Below are positions 43,736 to 56,270 of a DNA stretch of 64,000 nucleotides, in pieces. This DNA is from Macrostomum hystrix (lineage: Eukaryota; Animalia; Platyhelminthes). The stretch spans positions 3,906,001 to 3,970,000 of the forward strand of contig CATNEN010000008.1 in the NCBI GenBank assembly GCA_950097015.1. Direction: 5' to 3'. Position numbers and translations under genes: made by a program. Below the pieces are notes generated by a model that saw only the letters and a list, made by a program, of their open reading frames with translations, made no database searches and had not been told where the DNA came from. Every line of letters starts with the position of its first letter. Position 1 is the first letter of the stretch.

Positions 43736-44404
43736 GCTCTTCTACATCATTCTCCCAGATCCCCTCTCTCGCAGGGATAATTAGGGGAATGAAATTATTT
43801 TGGCCAGACCCTCACAAAAGCTTATTCTCGGCTACTGTCTGGGTGGGCCGCACTGGCAGTGGAAAGCATGAAACTGGGAGACAAGCGTGCGAAATAAATT
43901 TCGCATTCCGCGGACAGCGCTGTGGTCCCTCGCGACTGAATCACCAGCCCCCCCTTAGGAAATAATGAAGATGCTTCTAAGCAGTGTTTATCAGCCACAA
44001 CTGGGGAACAGATTCTCCCTCGGCCTCCACTGTTTATCCCGCATAGGGGAGACAGTGGGATAAGCGCAACAGCGCGACGGGATTTGCCCATCTTCGCTAA
44101 CTTAAGGAGAGACCGCGTCTGTCATTCTCCTCACTCGGAGCCTCTTGTGTTCCCGTTTCAGACTCGTTCCAATCCCCAATTTTCTGTCCCAGAAAAGTCC
44201 CAAATCTGGTTGCCCAGCCCGGGCGCACTTTCATTTCGGAACGAAAGCACAGCTAGCTGGGTGGAAAAGTGATGGCAGCTCTGCCTATTTGGTCTTCTCG
44301 GGAGGGCACGGCTTGCGCATCTCCTAGGAGAAAAGTGATGACAGGGGAGCACTAGAGAGAAGGCTAGAAAAAATGGGGAAACGCTGCTGTGAGATCGAGA
44401 CGCG

Positions 44405-44722
44405 AACTGGGCGAGAAATTCTCCGGTGTGGTCGTTGGGAGATTCTCAGGTGTGGTCGTTGGGAGATTCTCAGGTGTGGTCGTTGGGAGATTCTCAGGTG
44501 TGGTCATTGGGAGATTCTCAGGTGTGATCATTGGGAGATTCTCAGGCGTGGTTGTTGGGAGATTCTCAGGTGTGGTCATTGGGAAATTCTCAGGTGTGGT
44601 GGTTAGGAGATTCTCAGGTGTGGTCATTGGGAGATTCTCAGGTGTGGTCATTGGGAAATTCTCAGGTGTGGTCGTTGGGAGATTCTCAGGTGTGATCGTT
44701 GGGAGATTCGCAGGTGTGGTCA
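44405..44722. repeat. 24-bp minisatellite
   Basis: Unit gggagattctcaggtgtggtc(g/a)tt. Confidence 0.92.
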
Positions 44723-46071
44723 TTTCACAATGCCAATATAGAATGTCATCACAACGTAGAAAAAAGACATTTCGCAGATCTGCTTATCCAGAATGTGTGT
44801 TGAAGATTCCTGCGCATTTTGTATGAATGCCACAGTAAACAGACAGCACAAAAAATGTCTGATCGATTCGTCAGCAATGAATTGAGGTCTGGGTTAGCTC
44901 AGCAGACGACTCGTCCTGGTTGGGAAAATTTGATAAAAGGTTAAAGGGACGCACTCAGGGTCGCGAGGGACTGCATGGGAGCTCGGGCAGTGGGGATTTT
45001 TTGGGAGAAATGAGGTACAGAAAGAGAGGGGGCTTAGGGGGATAGGAACGGCGTCGACGGCGCGGCCAACGACCTCCCAAGGGGAGCTGCTCCGGCCGGC
45101 CCATTCTCCCTCCATTCTCCCCTCATCAACATCCCGGTGGGTGGGGCATTGACATGCATATACATGCCTGCAGAGAGAGAACAGAAGCAGTGACGCAGAT
45201 CGGAAGAGATGAAGGACTGGCGGAGACTGCAGAGACACACTCACACACACACACAAGCTCACACACCGGTCAAGCTTTTGCGCGATTCGAGCCAAATTCG
45301 CCTCGCAAAATTCACTTACCAGGGCGCGGATGCGAACAGGGGAGTAGAGAGAGAGAGAGACAGAGCTGTGGAACTCTGAGCAACTTGGCAACCGCATGCG
45401 GATGCGGGCGGCGGTGGCTCAGTCTTCATTAGTCCAGCGGAGAGGCTTAACTCGCTTTCCCGTCGTCCACCTACAGGCCGTTTGGAGTACCACTCATTTG
45501 GCACTGGCAATAAGCACATAACAGGAATGCAGTTGAGTAGGCGCATAATTCTTCGCTAAAGCATAGCGAAGATCTGCATTGCCTAAACTACATGGTACGG
45601 CTCGTATATACTTGCCGATCGTGTGAAAATAAGCCTCGGCCAAGCATAACTCCAAGCATAAACTTAAGTAATATATGCGATTGAATTTTATAGAAAGGGG
45701 CTTAACTACAGAAACTTTGCGGGGAGGGATTTTAGCTATGGGGAAGGGGAGTGATGGGAGCGAAGCCATTAACAAACACAGGCAGCAATTCAGATGCCTG
45801 ATAACGGATTTCCCACTTCCAGAAACAGCGGCAAGAGCTGAAAAGATTTTCATTCCAGATTATTTCTTCAATTTTTCTGGGATGAGTTTAATCTCGCACA
45901 GTGGAAATGTCCGCCATATACCGGTTAAAACCACATCCAGAGCTTCACATAATCCACAAAGTCTTCGGAGTTGTTAAAGTGCTTCGAAAGTTCAAACTAA
46001 CAGTTTATTATGTCGGTGGAAAATATGATATTACAGACTAAACACAGACTAAACCGAATCAAACCAAGCCA

Positions 46072-46790
46072 AGCTACCAACCTACCAAACAGCATCTCCC
46101 AACCTACCAAACAGCATCTCCCAACCTACCAAACAGAAGCTCCCAACCTACCAAACAGCATCTCCCAACCTACCAAACAGCATCTCCTAACCTACCAAAC
46201 AGCAGCTCCCAACCTACCAAACAGCAGCTCCCAACCTACCAAACAGCAGCTCCCAACCTACCAAACAGAAGCTCCCAACCTACCAAACAGCATCTCCCAA
46301 CCTACCAAACAGCAGCTCCCAACCTACCAAACAGCAGCTCCCAACCTACCAAACAGCAGCTCCTAACCTACCAAACAGCAGCTCCTAACCTAACAAACAG
46401 CAGCTCCCAACCTTCCAAACAGCAGCTCCCAACCTTCCAAACAGCAGCTCCCAACCTACCAAACAGCAGCTCCCAACCTACCAAACAGCACCTCCCAACC
46501 TACCAAACAGCATCTCCTAACCTACCAAACAGCATCTCCTAACCTACCAAACAGAAGCTCCCAACCTACCAAACAGCATCTCCCAACCTACCAAACAGCA
46601 GCTCCCAACCTACCAAACAGCAGCTCCTAACCAACGAGTAGGAGTACCAACAGCTACGAGTACTAACTTAGAAAATAGCAGCTACCAACCATCCTACCAA
46701 CAAACCTACCAACCTACCAACCCACCTAACAGCAGCTACCAACCTATCAAGCAGAGGCTACCAACCTACCAAACAGCAGCTACCAACCAA
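46072..46790. repeat. About 22-bp minisatellite running up to the LRRN-like start codon
   Basis: Unit cagcagctcccaacctaccaaa. Confidence 0.9.
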
Positions 46791-46797
46791 CCCAGTC

Positions 46798-49376
46798 ATG
46801 CTGCTACCCCTGGCCGCAGCCCTTCTGCTGCAGCTGCCGGCCAGCAGTCGGCAGTGCCAATTCCGCAACGGCTACATCTACGAGTGCGGTCACAACGACC
46901 TCAGCCGCACGACCCAACTGCGAGGACCACTCCCCGACCACGTGAAAGTGCTGGACATCTCCTATAACAGATTCGAGGAGTTGAATCCGGCCTATCTGGC
47001 CGAGCAGTTCCCTGGAGTCCAGCAGCTGCTGGCGGTGGATAACAGGATTGCTAGCCTGACCCATACGACTTCGAGCACCTCCTGGCCCCAGTTGAAGCTG
47101 CTCAAACTGAGCCGGAACCGGCTGGAGTCCATTGTTAGAGACGAGCTGGCATTCGGCACGGGGTTAGAAACGCTGCACCTGGATGGAAATCGGCTGCAAA
47201 GTTTGAGCAGGGGCTGCTTTAGCAAGTGCCACAATTTGAGTCTGCTCAATTTGGAAAACAATAATCTGGACTATCTGCACTCGGACTATTTTTGGGGTAA
47301 GGAAAAAACTTGCGTGGATAATTTTAAAAGATTGAAAACACCTGCTCTGCCATAACGATTCAACTTAGAAAGGTATAGGCTCATCAAAACCACTAAAAAT
47401 GACCAAACTGAACTCACGCAGGCCTTTGGAGTCTGCAAACGCTGCGCCTCAGCCACAACCAGCTCACCGGCCTCTCATCGGACGCACTCGGCCATCTGCA
47501 CAGCCTGCAACTCCTGGACCTCAGTCACAACCGAATCAAATCACTGTCCGGATCTGCCCTGAGCGGCCTGCCAAGTCTGTCCGGCCTCAGCCTAGCTGGC
47601 AATCAGCTCGCCGAGCTGCCCAAGGACGCGCTGCGATCGGCGCCATCTTTGACGCATCTGGATGTGTCAGGGAATCATCTGACGGACCTCTACGCTGGTA
47701 CGGTGAGCGGCCTCGCCAACCTTGAGAGTCTACTCCTGAACGGCTCGGCTGAGCTGCGCCTAATCGATGCCGGGGCTTTTGACCAGCTGCCGCGGCTGCG
47801 TCTACTGGACGTCTCTAATAGCCGCCTGTTGGTCTACATCAGCGCGAGCGCCTTTCACGGCTGCCAGTCGCTGACCGAACTTCGCCTGTCCGGCTGTCCA
47901 CTGGCGATCGCTCCTCTGAACGACTGGCGCCAGGCCTCACCAAAGCTTGAAAAGATCGACGTCGGAGATGCTCCGATTGCCGACGCATCGTTTGCTGGCG
48001 TCGCCGTGATGGACTTGTTCCCGGCGGAGATTGTCCTGTCAGAGGGACACCGGCTCAAGCTTCCGTGTCGCTCTTATCCGGAGGGCCGAGCTCGATGGCT
48101 TCTGCCGGAAAGCCTGCGAGGAAGCGATCAAGACGTCGGTGGCGGGGAGCAGCGCCGTCACCTGCGGCATCACGTGACTATAACGTCGAGTCAAGAACTG
48201 CTGCTGCACGACGTGTTTGATCGTCTAAGTGGCGTATATGCCTGCGTAGCAACTGGCGTTGACAACGGAACCGCTCATGCTACCAAGTCCCAAAGACGCG
48301 AGGTCGCTATCACCGTGAAGCGGATGGAGAGTCGGCTGCTGCTGCTGAAGGTTGGAGTAAAGTCGGGACAGTCCGAAGTCTAGTCAACTGCGGATTTCAG
48401 ATATTTAACATTTAACTGTCTTCTTTAGAATTCTTTTAATTCGGTCCCGAAACGGACACTAATTTTAACTCACCAAATTCTTTACCATTCAGCAAAATGA
48501 TGGAAAGTTTTCTACGCATACTGCAGATCACTGAGAACAGCATTGTGGTGACATGGCAGCACTTGACAAACCCGGATGATTTTGTGCTGATGTACCGGCC
48601 GTGGGGCGACGCCGACTCCAGCTATCACCGAGTGCGCCTTCGGGCCTACATGAAGCGCTACTCGATCAGCAGCCTGCGACCAGGGTGCGCCTACCAGCTG
48701 TGCCTGGCCCTCATAACCTACACAGACTATCAGCACCTGCACTGCTTGCTGGTCACAACGCGCACCGGCAGGGAATCCGATCGAGACGCTTTCATGTTTA
48801 ACGGGCGCATTGTGCTGGTGCTGGTCATTGGGATCGCCGTGTCCGTTGGCGTCCTAGTGGCCTGTCTGGTTGCGTGCAGCTTGTCACGCGACAAAGAAAC
48901 GGACGCTTGGAGTCAGGTGATAATTTAACATTTTATGCCAACTAAAAGCGTTTAGTCTCTGCGAGTTGTAAATGTCTCGAATAATTAGGGCTAAGAAGCA
49001 ACCTTCGATGCAGGCTTCTCTAGCTGGTTCTCGTTGGTCGGACAGTCAGCCGATGACGTTTGAAAATCGCGCCGCAGCGGACGACTACTTCGGCGATGCT
49101 GGCGACGCTCTGGACAGCGAGGTCGACGATGATGATGAGGACGATCGAGGTCAAGGAAACAATGCCAGAGTTCACCAAACCGTTGAAACTTCTGTGATAG
49201 ACGGCATAGAACTTCGACTGCAGGCGAATGAAGGCGACGGTCCTCATGGCGAGGACGAATTCGGCGAGCGTCTGGTGACCAGCGTTCTGCAGCACCAGCG
49301 ATTGACGGAGCCGGCTGGACATGGCACTGTCAGCAGCAACAGCGAAGCCCGACAGAGCAGCGACGAAGGATTGTAG
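46798..49376 (+). CDS. LRR-Ig-FN3 single-pass transmembrane protein (LRRN/NLRR-like)
   Basis: Exons (+): 46798-47296, 47422 to about 48350/48356 (donor ambiguous), 48527-48916, 49014-49376. Signal peptide; multiple LxxLxLSxNxL repeats; LRRN-like IDAGAFDQLPRLRLLDVSNSRLLVYISASAF; Ig domain (LPCRS...W...GVYACVA); FN3 (ITENSIVVTW...YSISSLRPGCAYQLCL); TM segment IVLVLVIGIAVSVGVLVACLVA; acidic tail. Confidence 0.85.
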
Positions 49377-50454
49377 ACTGCGGGAAGCGATAAATGTCTG
49401 TCTGGACTAAAACTGAGGATTGTATCTGCTCTTAAATGAACGGCTGTTCAAAGTCTTAGAATCGTCTATTTCCAATCCGAAGAGGGTCATAGCTATGGGG
49501 TGAAATGCTTAGTCGCAAGCCGGACAAAAGAGTGCATTTGCAAGTCTCTGATCTGACGAATTTCATGAATTGTGTACAATTTCCTTAACGGGATTCTTAA
49601 AATGTGTCTGTAAGTTTCATGTTGAAAGCAATTGTGAACACGTCCATGCAATTAAGTATATAGTAGAAAGCTAGACAATTGCACATGAATTTCATGCACA
49701 ATACAGTAGCATTTGACGATTTGGAGTAAAATCATTTGCGTGTTTCGGCATTCAATGCTAGCTTGCAATTTACACACCTATGTTAATAAACACCACACTA
49801 ACAGTTGCATGCACTATAGCTTACTAGAAGTAGTTGCGGCACTTTACTTTCATTGTAAGGAAGTGACTCACCCAGTGTAAAATAAGATCTCTGCAAATGG
49901 ACCGCAATTCTGCAACTTTGTCAATTGATTTGCATAGCATATTATGGACTTAACGAACTAGTATACGCAAGCTAGTGCGCATAGCTGCAGTGAGGTCAAT
50001 TCCCATTAGCAATAATGCACATTCTAAGAAAGTGAGTGGCTAAATCTTGAATAATCCACCAACGACTCAGTTGACGAGTTTAACACAGCAAAAACGCGGA
50101 GATTTTTTATTAATAGGAGCTGAGTCACGCCATGAGTAATTCCGCACGCATTAGAATATAAACAATGTGTTACAACCAACAGAGAGATTGCATTTAAGAC
50201 AAGGACATATGACCTTCAAACTGAGGGCATAAAGTACGAGTACAAACTGAAAGGATAATTTGTAAGCTGTGGGCCTCAGCAATTTCAAATTAAAACTACT
50301 CGTACATACTATGGGATTCTGGGAAACTTGAAGGCATGATTATTGGTATTTTAGAGAATATAACAGCTCGACCCCATACGGGGGTGTTTTGCTAGTCAAT
50401 TATACTAAATATGGAAACTAAATGTACGTTCATATAAGAGTATTAAGGACCACT

Positions 50455-51140
50455 AGAAGGAGAAGGACGGGATACGTCGTTTCTTAGATACCTTACGAGC
50501 TATTAAAGGCAGATTTTAATGACGGAAAAAATTCACTAGCGAGATAGGAAATTTTCACGTTTTCACATTAAAATATTGATAGCTCTTTATTGGAAGCAGA
50601 TGGCCAATGCTGTTCTTTTAATATATCTTGCAAAACTTTTTTGCTTCAAGAAATTTTAGAAAGCTTCATTAAAAAATAAATGATTTTCATTTTATTTTCT
50701 TTTATTTATTATGAAACACAACAGCGACCAATCAGACATAAAAATAGCCTATATCTTGGCCTACTGATTTGTAGTTCTACATCTACATACTTGAAATAGT
50801 TCTCGCGTAATACACGTATATTTGATTAGAAAGTGGCTGTAAAACTGAGTTAAATCACACGATAAGCTATTGACTGGCTATTGTGCTTCATAATAAATAA
50901 ATGAAAATAAAATGAAAATCATTTATTTTTTAATGAAGCTTTCTAAAATTCGTTGAAGCAACATGTTTTGCGAATTATATCAAAATATCAGCATTGGATC
51001 TGCTTCCACTGAAAAGTAATCAAAATTTTTATGTGAAAAACGTGAAAAAATCCTACGAGTATCTCATGCTTGTGCATTTTTCCCGTAAAAATCTGCCTTG
51101 AACTTTTTTCCAAGAAACGAAGCGTCACGTCCTTCTGTAT
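50455..51140. mobile_element. Foldback/MITE-like element with long imperfect terminal inverted repeats
   Basis: 50641-50697 is a near-perfect reverse complement of about 50904-50961; similarity extends outward to about 50461 and 51137 (agaaggacg / cgtccttct); the central spacer is about 200 bp and non-coding. Confidence 0.65.
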
Positions 51141-51854
51141 ATCTATGGACTGAACCGCTGAACCGATTCTTTAAGTGTTCCTCGATTTACTTACTAAAAC
51201 TAATGCTATAGATGGCTGTCTATACTGCCATTACCGTTGTGCTGTAAATCTAACCGTTCTTCAGTAGCGTCTCTCAGAAGCTCTAGCGAAAAGTGAAAAT
51301 TTTGTAGAAGAAATGTTGAGACAAAAAGAAAAAAAGTGGCCAGTACGCTTGTGTAGGAGTGCTTGATTAAAAAGTTTTGCATGCAGCGAAAATGTATTAA
51401 ATTTCGTCTACGTGAGTTTTGAGTTTCATGCAGTGAGCTTACTAATTGCGGTAGTAGCGCTTTGATTAGCATCAACCATAATGTGTATACATTCAGGATA
51501 CTGAGACAGCACAGCTGCTTCAGTAACTCGTAGTTCGCTCGTAGTTCTTGAACGATTAGGTTGTTGAAAGAAAGCAAAAAAAGGATTATCGAAATAGAAA
51601 AATAATCGTTCTCTCATATTCTACGTTAAAAATTAATATATAAAGAGCGTATAGCGATAGCAAAGGAAAATCATATGCACAAAGGAAGACTAAGGTAAGG
51701 TTTTTTCACACTTTTTTTGTTAAAACCCGTTAAAAGGTAGACGTAAAAAGGTACACTGGCTGGACATAGCACAAACTGCTGCATTGAAGTGTACTTGGGT
51801 ACTACGGATACTTGTTTGTCCATCCCGCACAAACAACAAGCACGAATTGTTACA

Positions 51855-54800
51855 CTAGTTGAGCTTCAGGTATTGCGCAGGCACTAAGCCTCTCTTGCCA
51901 TTAACCTCGGCGTTGTACATGCCATCAGGTCTGACTGGCCCGAAGGTTTGCACATTGTCGCCACGGTGGAGCTCCAATTCGAATGGTGGAAAGGCTGACG
52001 GCGAGTGCTCACTGGGCTGATAGTCGTACAGAGCCTTGCGAACAAACGGCTGCGGCGACGTTGGCGGTGGTAGGCCCAGACGAGCGGCCGCGCCGGCTGG
52101 CGAATTGTCACGGGTGCGAAAGCGATCGTCGTTTGGCGCTGTGACAGAAGACAAAGGCTGCTGCTGCTGCTGATGCTGTGGTGACTCTGGCCTTGCGCCA
52201 TTAGTTCCATCCGGATTCTGGACCACCGGTGCTGGACTGTTGCTGCCATTCGCTTGGTGGCGGCTCTCTGCTTGCTGGAGAGGTGGGGGAGGCGGTGGCT
52301 GCTCACTGAAGTTTGGTCGGTGTTCGGCTGGCCGCTCGACTTCAACTGTAAGAGGTGATGTCAGTTCGCGGTGCTGCCCAGTGTTGACAGACAAAGCCGT
52401 GGGTGCCAGGCTCATTTTGGCCTTGTCTGAGGTATCGCCATCGTAGCTGTACGATTGCACACTGATTCTAAGCGCATTGATGTCCACGTCGCCTAGCGAC
52501 GATCTGGGGACGACTGACTTCGTGACGCGCGAGCTTACTACCGGCTGCTGTTCGACCCCGTTGACAAAGATCTTGTATCCGGCCACCACAACTCCATTGC
52601 TTCTGTCCAGCTCGTCTAGGGCTGGTGTGTCCCACTCCACGACAAGATTGTCACTGTCTGGTTGAAAACTGGCTCGCACATTCCCAGGGGGATCCATATG
52701 ATGTGGTATTGGCTGCTGCTGCTGCTGCTGCTGGTCAGGATGATTCTGCTCTCGTGAAAGATACTCCGGTTGATTGTTTTGCTGAGGTTGATAATGCTGG
52801 TCCTGGTCATGGTGAGCTGGCAATCTTGCGGCTGATGATGGCCTTCTATTTTCATCTGGCCCCGGCTGCTGTTCCATCACGGGATACGTGTTTGTCCGGA
52901 CCAACTCTGGTTTGTCGGCAGCTGGCTGCCTAGAGCCATGTTGCGCTGACGGGTCATAGGCACCGGACTGGCTAGGATACTGCCGAACTGGCTCTTCGCG
53001 TGCGTAGTGGTCGTATGGCTCGTGGTTATCTTTGTTGCTGAAACGAGACGGATCGTAACCGCGCTGCTGTCGTCTTGCCTCGTCGTCTTCTCTTTTTGTG
53101 GGCCGAATTGCCTCCTCGTGGACCGCATCTTCTGGTCTCGGTCCAGCGCCTCTTCTCTGCGGTTCGCCTCCCTGCTGCTGGTGAGGAATCTCCCAAGCCG
53201 TTGGTGGCGGAACTCTGGATCCTGGCTGACCCTGAGGCTGCCTTCTATCCTGATGATCATGATTGTCATAATGCCTTTGCGGGCCTATTGACATTGTCGG
53301 CTCATTTTGAACTGGTTGCTGCTGCGCCCTTCTCGCTTCTTGATTTCGAGGCACGTCTTTGCTGGGGTATTGCTGCTCCGGCTGCTGCCGACTGTTGCCG
53401 TATCTGTCCTGCGGTTGGGACTGCGCTCTGTCTTGGCCGTAGCTAGGTGACTGTGAAGACATGCGTGTGCCCTTGACCGGCTCATAAGCTGCCATTGGTG
53501 ATCTCTGAGCGCTGGCGTGCGGACGTCGATCCCTCGATCGTCTTACTCTAGCAGAAAGTGGTTCTCCATCCAGGTAATCATCCAAGTCGATGTAATCATT
53601 CAGCGCGCTGTTTTGATTCCTGTCGGCCTCTTGAAGTAGATCGCGAGGAAGACGATCGCCACCGGCTCTCAGCTCGTTTGCTAGTCGACGAATGAGGTCA
53701 TCCTTCTCCTTGCAGCGATTCTGCAGGCGCTCAACCCTTGGCCTCAACTTGGCCAGCACCAGCTCATTCTTGAACCTTTCTCTTTCCACTTCCTCGTACT
53801 TTTGTTTCACTCTCCTGAAGTCCACTTCCAGGTCTCTATAGAAGTTATTCTCCTTCTCTAACTCATTGAGCACATCTTTCAGTTTATTGAGCTCCTTCTG
53901 TGTGGCCTCTTCGTCCACAGCTTTTTCTCGAAGCAGCTCCTTTAACTGTTGTACTTCAATCATCAGATTACGCCTGTCTTTAGCTAGTTGATTTTTATCC
54001 TTTAAAGCGGATTTCAAATCAAGAACAAGATCATCAAGCACTTCTTTATCGCGTTTTATTGACTCCAGTTGAAGGATTTTGGCTTCCAGAGTTCGAATCG
54101 CCTCAGCCATGTAGGCGTTCTCTTCTTCCAGGTTGTGGCATCGCTCTCTGACATCGACTAGCTTGTCCTTTTGTTCCTTGAGAAGCTTGGCCTCTCTGTT
54201 CGCCGCTTTGCTGTGATTGTCTGCCACGGCCTTCTCGTTCTCAAGGCCGGCAATCTTGGTCTCCGCTTGCGCCAGCTGTTTTGTCAGCTGTTCAATCTGA
54301 TCGTTCTTACTCTTTATCTCCCGATCTTTCCTATTGACAACGCCTTGCATGTTTTTCAGCTCATTTCTAGCCGCTTCTATCTCGAAATTGGCATTGGCCA
54401 GCTCGTCTTTCGTTCGGTCCAAGTCTTCGCTAACCGCTTCCAAACGCTCCGTCTCTCTAAGCGCCTTTTTGGCCACGATAACCCTGTCCAGGTTGTCAAC
54501 CTCGGACTGCAACTGGAAGACGTGTCGGTCTCGTTCAGCTAAGTCTTCAGCTAGTTTAGCGTTCTCAGCCGTGAGCTCTGATATGAGTTTCTCTTGATTG
54601 TTGATAATCCTATCCTTATCTTTTACAGTATGGCGCAACAGGTATGCGTCGTCAGCAGTTTTCAGCTTCCTGTTCATTTCGTTTTCAATGTACTTGTTCG
54701 TCTTCAGCTCGCGCGTTTTAATTCGATTTTCTGCTTTTAGATCGCCGAGCTGCTCCTCCATCTGCCGTCTGCGGTTTTCCTCGTCGTTCAACAGATCCTT

Positions 54801-55277
54801 GGTGTCAGTCGTGGCGTTCATTGGCACCTTGAACGCCTCCTTCGGCTTATCGTCCATCCTGTTCAGCTTCTTGCTCAGCCACGCGGAAGACATCGGATCG
54901 TTGGCTGCCCGGCCACCCAGTTTCTGCGGGTACATCTCCAGCTCCTGGTGATCCAGCACGAGCGAGTTCTCGCTCGGCGTAGGACTTGCGACGTAGAACC
55001 TGTCAGCATCGTTGTAGCCGATAGGTGGTGGTGGCGGAGGCGGGGGAGCCGGTGGCGCTGAGAGTGGCTGATTCGCAGGCTGCTGGTGTTGCTGCTGCTG
55101 CTGTTGTTGTGGTTGCTGGCCTTCCATTGCCTGCTCGTAGCGTCTCTGCTTCTCTTGTATTGCAAGAGAAGGCTTTTTAGGCACTGGTGGTCCGTTCTGC
55201 GGCCACCGCCTGGCGAGTTTAAAGTTACTTATCATGGCCGCGCTTCCCGGCCTTCCGGCCCCTTGATTGGATTGCAT
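51855..55277 (-). CDS. RIM-binding-protein-like scaffold (long coiled coil, one FN3, one C-terminal SH3), uninterrupted 1140-aa CDS
   Basis: FN3 PPGNVRASF...LVVEWDTP...SNGVVVAGYKIFVNG and SH3 ALYDYQPSEHSP...ELELHRGDNVQTFG...DGMYNAEVNGKRGLVPAQYL resemble RIM-BP FN3 and SH3 domains. Heptad-rich region at about aa 160-540. A donor at about 55415 and an acceptor 15 nt before the ATG suggest a 5' UTR intron. Confidence 0.75.
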   Translation of the reverse strand: MQSNQGAGRPGSAAMISNFKLARRWPQNGPPVPKKPSLAIQEKQRRYEQAMEGQQPQQQQQQQHQQPANQPLSAPPAPPPPPPPPIGYNDADRFYVASPTPSENSLVLDHQELEMYPQKLGGRAANDPMSSAWLSKKLNRMDDKPKEAFKVPMNATTDTKDLLNDEENRRRQMEEQLGDLKAENRIKTRELKTNKYIENEMNRKLKTADDAYLLRHTVKDKDRIINNQEKLISELTAENAKLAEDLAERDRHVFQLQSEVDNLDRVIVAKKALRETERLEAVSEDLDRTKDELANANFEIEAARNELKNMQGVVNRKDREIKSKNDQIEQLTKQLAQAETKIAGLENEKAVADNHSKAANREAKLLKEQKDKLVDVRERCHNLEEENAYMAEAIRTLEAKILQLESIKRDKEVLDDLVLDLKSALKDKNQLAKDRRNLMIEVQQLKELLREKAVDEEATQKELNKLKDVLNELEKENNFYRDLEVDFRRVKQKYEEVERERFKNELVLAKLRPRVERLQNRCKEKDDLIRRLANELRAGGDRLPRDLLQEADRNQNSALNDYIDLDDYLDGEPLSARVRRSRDRRPHASAQRSPMAAYEPVKGTRMSSQSPSYGQDRAQSQPQDRYGNSRQQPEQQYPSKDVPRNQEARRAQQQPVQNEPTMSIGPQRHYDNHDHQDRRQPQGQPGSRVPPPTAWEIPHQQQGGEPQRRGAGPRPEDAVHEEAIRPTKREDDEARRQQRGYDPSRFSNKDNHEPYDHYAREEPVRQYPSQSGAYDPSAQHGSRQPAADKPELVRTNTYPVMEQQPGPDENRRPSSAARLPAHHDQDQHYQPQQNNQPEYLSREQNHPDQQQQQQQPIPHHMDPPGNVRASFQPDSDNLVVEWDTPALDELDRSNGVVVAGYKIFVNGVEQQPVVSSRVTKSVVPRSSLGDVDINALRISVQSYSYDGDTSDKAKMSLAPTALSVNTGQHRELTSPLTVEVERPAEHRPNFSEQPPPPPPLQQAESRHQANGSNSPAPVVQNPDGTNGARPESPQHQQQQQPLSSVTAPNDDRFRTRDNSPAGAAARLGLPPPTSPQPFVRKALYDYQPSEHSPSAFPPFELELHRGDNVQTFGPVRPDGMYNAEVNGKRGLVPAQYLKLN

Positions 55278-56034
55278 ACAACCGCCCCTGTCCTGAGCAA
55301 ATTTACTTTAAATGCCAGTCTGCTCAACCGGCGGTTGCCGAGTCAGAATACGGGTGCCGCCTAGTGCGCGCCTCAATCGATTACTACTTATACGTCCCTG
55401 TGGCTCTCTTCCTTACCCCAAACCCGATGTTGGCGATTGATTTTTTCCACTACAACGCCCGGTAGCAGCAGCTGTGCACTGCAGGGTTGGACCAGCTCCA
55501 GAATGCGCTGCTTGGCGCGGGTTGTCAAAGTGAGCGCGGCTCCGGGTGGATTTTTTTCGGCTGTAGCCACCGTTCGTGATCGCTGCCTTGACAAACACTC
55601 AACTCCGCCCAGCTAGCCGCTCTCTGCAAATTTCTTAACAATCGTAAAAAACAAACAGCCACACCTGGTGCTCCCTTCCAATCAACTTGGCCCTATACGT
55701 GTGCGGCGCAAAGCGTCTCTCAGAACCAGACCAATCGAATTTAACAAAAAATTTCATTCCTTTTAAGTTGGATTTGCAAACCAGTTTGAGTGGGCTTTGG
55801 GCCACTTTTTGGCGACAAACACGCGGTCAGCTGTTTGTGCTCGCACAGTGAATGAAATCGATAGCTATAATACTAATGCCCACTTTTATTCAGACTGATC
55901 ACTGAAGTTTCTATTGGTTATACTGCAGGGACTCTGCTATGCTTTGCTTCCACAGATATGAAGCATTTGCGAGAAAAATGACGGTCAAGAAGACTATATT
56001 CAGTAAAAAATTAGTGCAAAGTTCTCTACAGCGG

Positions 56035-56270
56035 TATTGGGCCAGCCCGACACAAAAACCGCAGCTATTTAGCGGCGCTTCTGAAAGCTGTGTACGGCTC
56101 TTTAGTCCATGGACTGGAGCACGCAACACCCAACCGGCCTTAAATTACCTCACCTAATGCTGGCACCAAAAGCTCAGAGTTAAGGTGTCTTGCTTTCATA
56201 AATTAACCTGGTGTAGACAGGAATCGAATCCGATCATTCGGAGCAGAAAGGAAGCGAACTTGCAAGCGTA
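56035..56270 (-). mobile_element. Degenerate family-A-like SINE
   Basis: Contains agtccatggactgg, ctaatgctggcacc and agagttaaggtgtcttgct, with a tRNA-like head (ggattcgattcc) on the minus strand. Confidence 0.55.

Noticed and set aside
44364-44826. Mucin-like (TTPENLPM)n and (GRFSGVVV)n ORFs
   Set aside because: A 24-bp minisatellite open on both strands, with no signal exon or convincing splice sites.
51206-51617. 123-aa and 63-aa ORFs downstream of the RIM-BP-like stop
   Set aside because: Non-ATG or weak starts, AT-rich codon usage unlike the real exons, and no recognisable motif; probably 3' UTR or intergenic.
55388-55598. AALTLTTRAKQRILEL resembling the IscA/ISCA1 N-terminus
   Set aside because: No ATG, no downstream GCxG or CGC motifs, and the frame does not splice in phase; more likely a 5' UTR exon of the RIM-BP-like gene.
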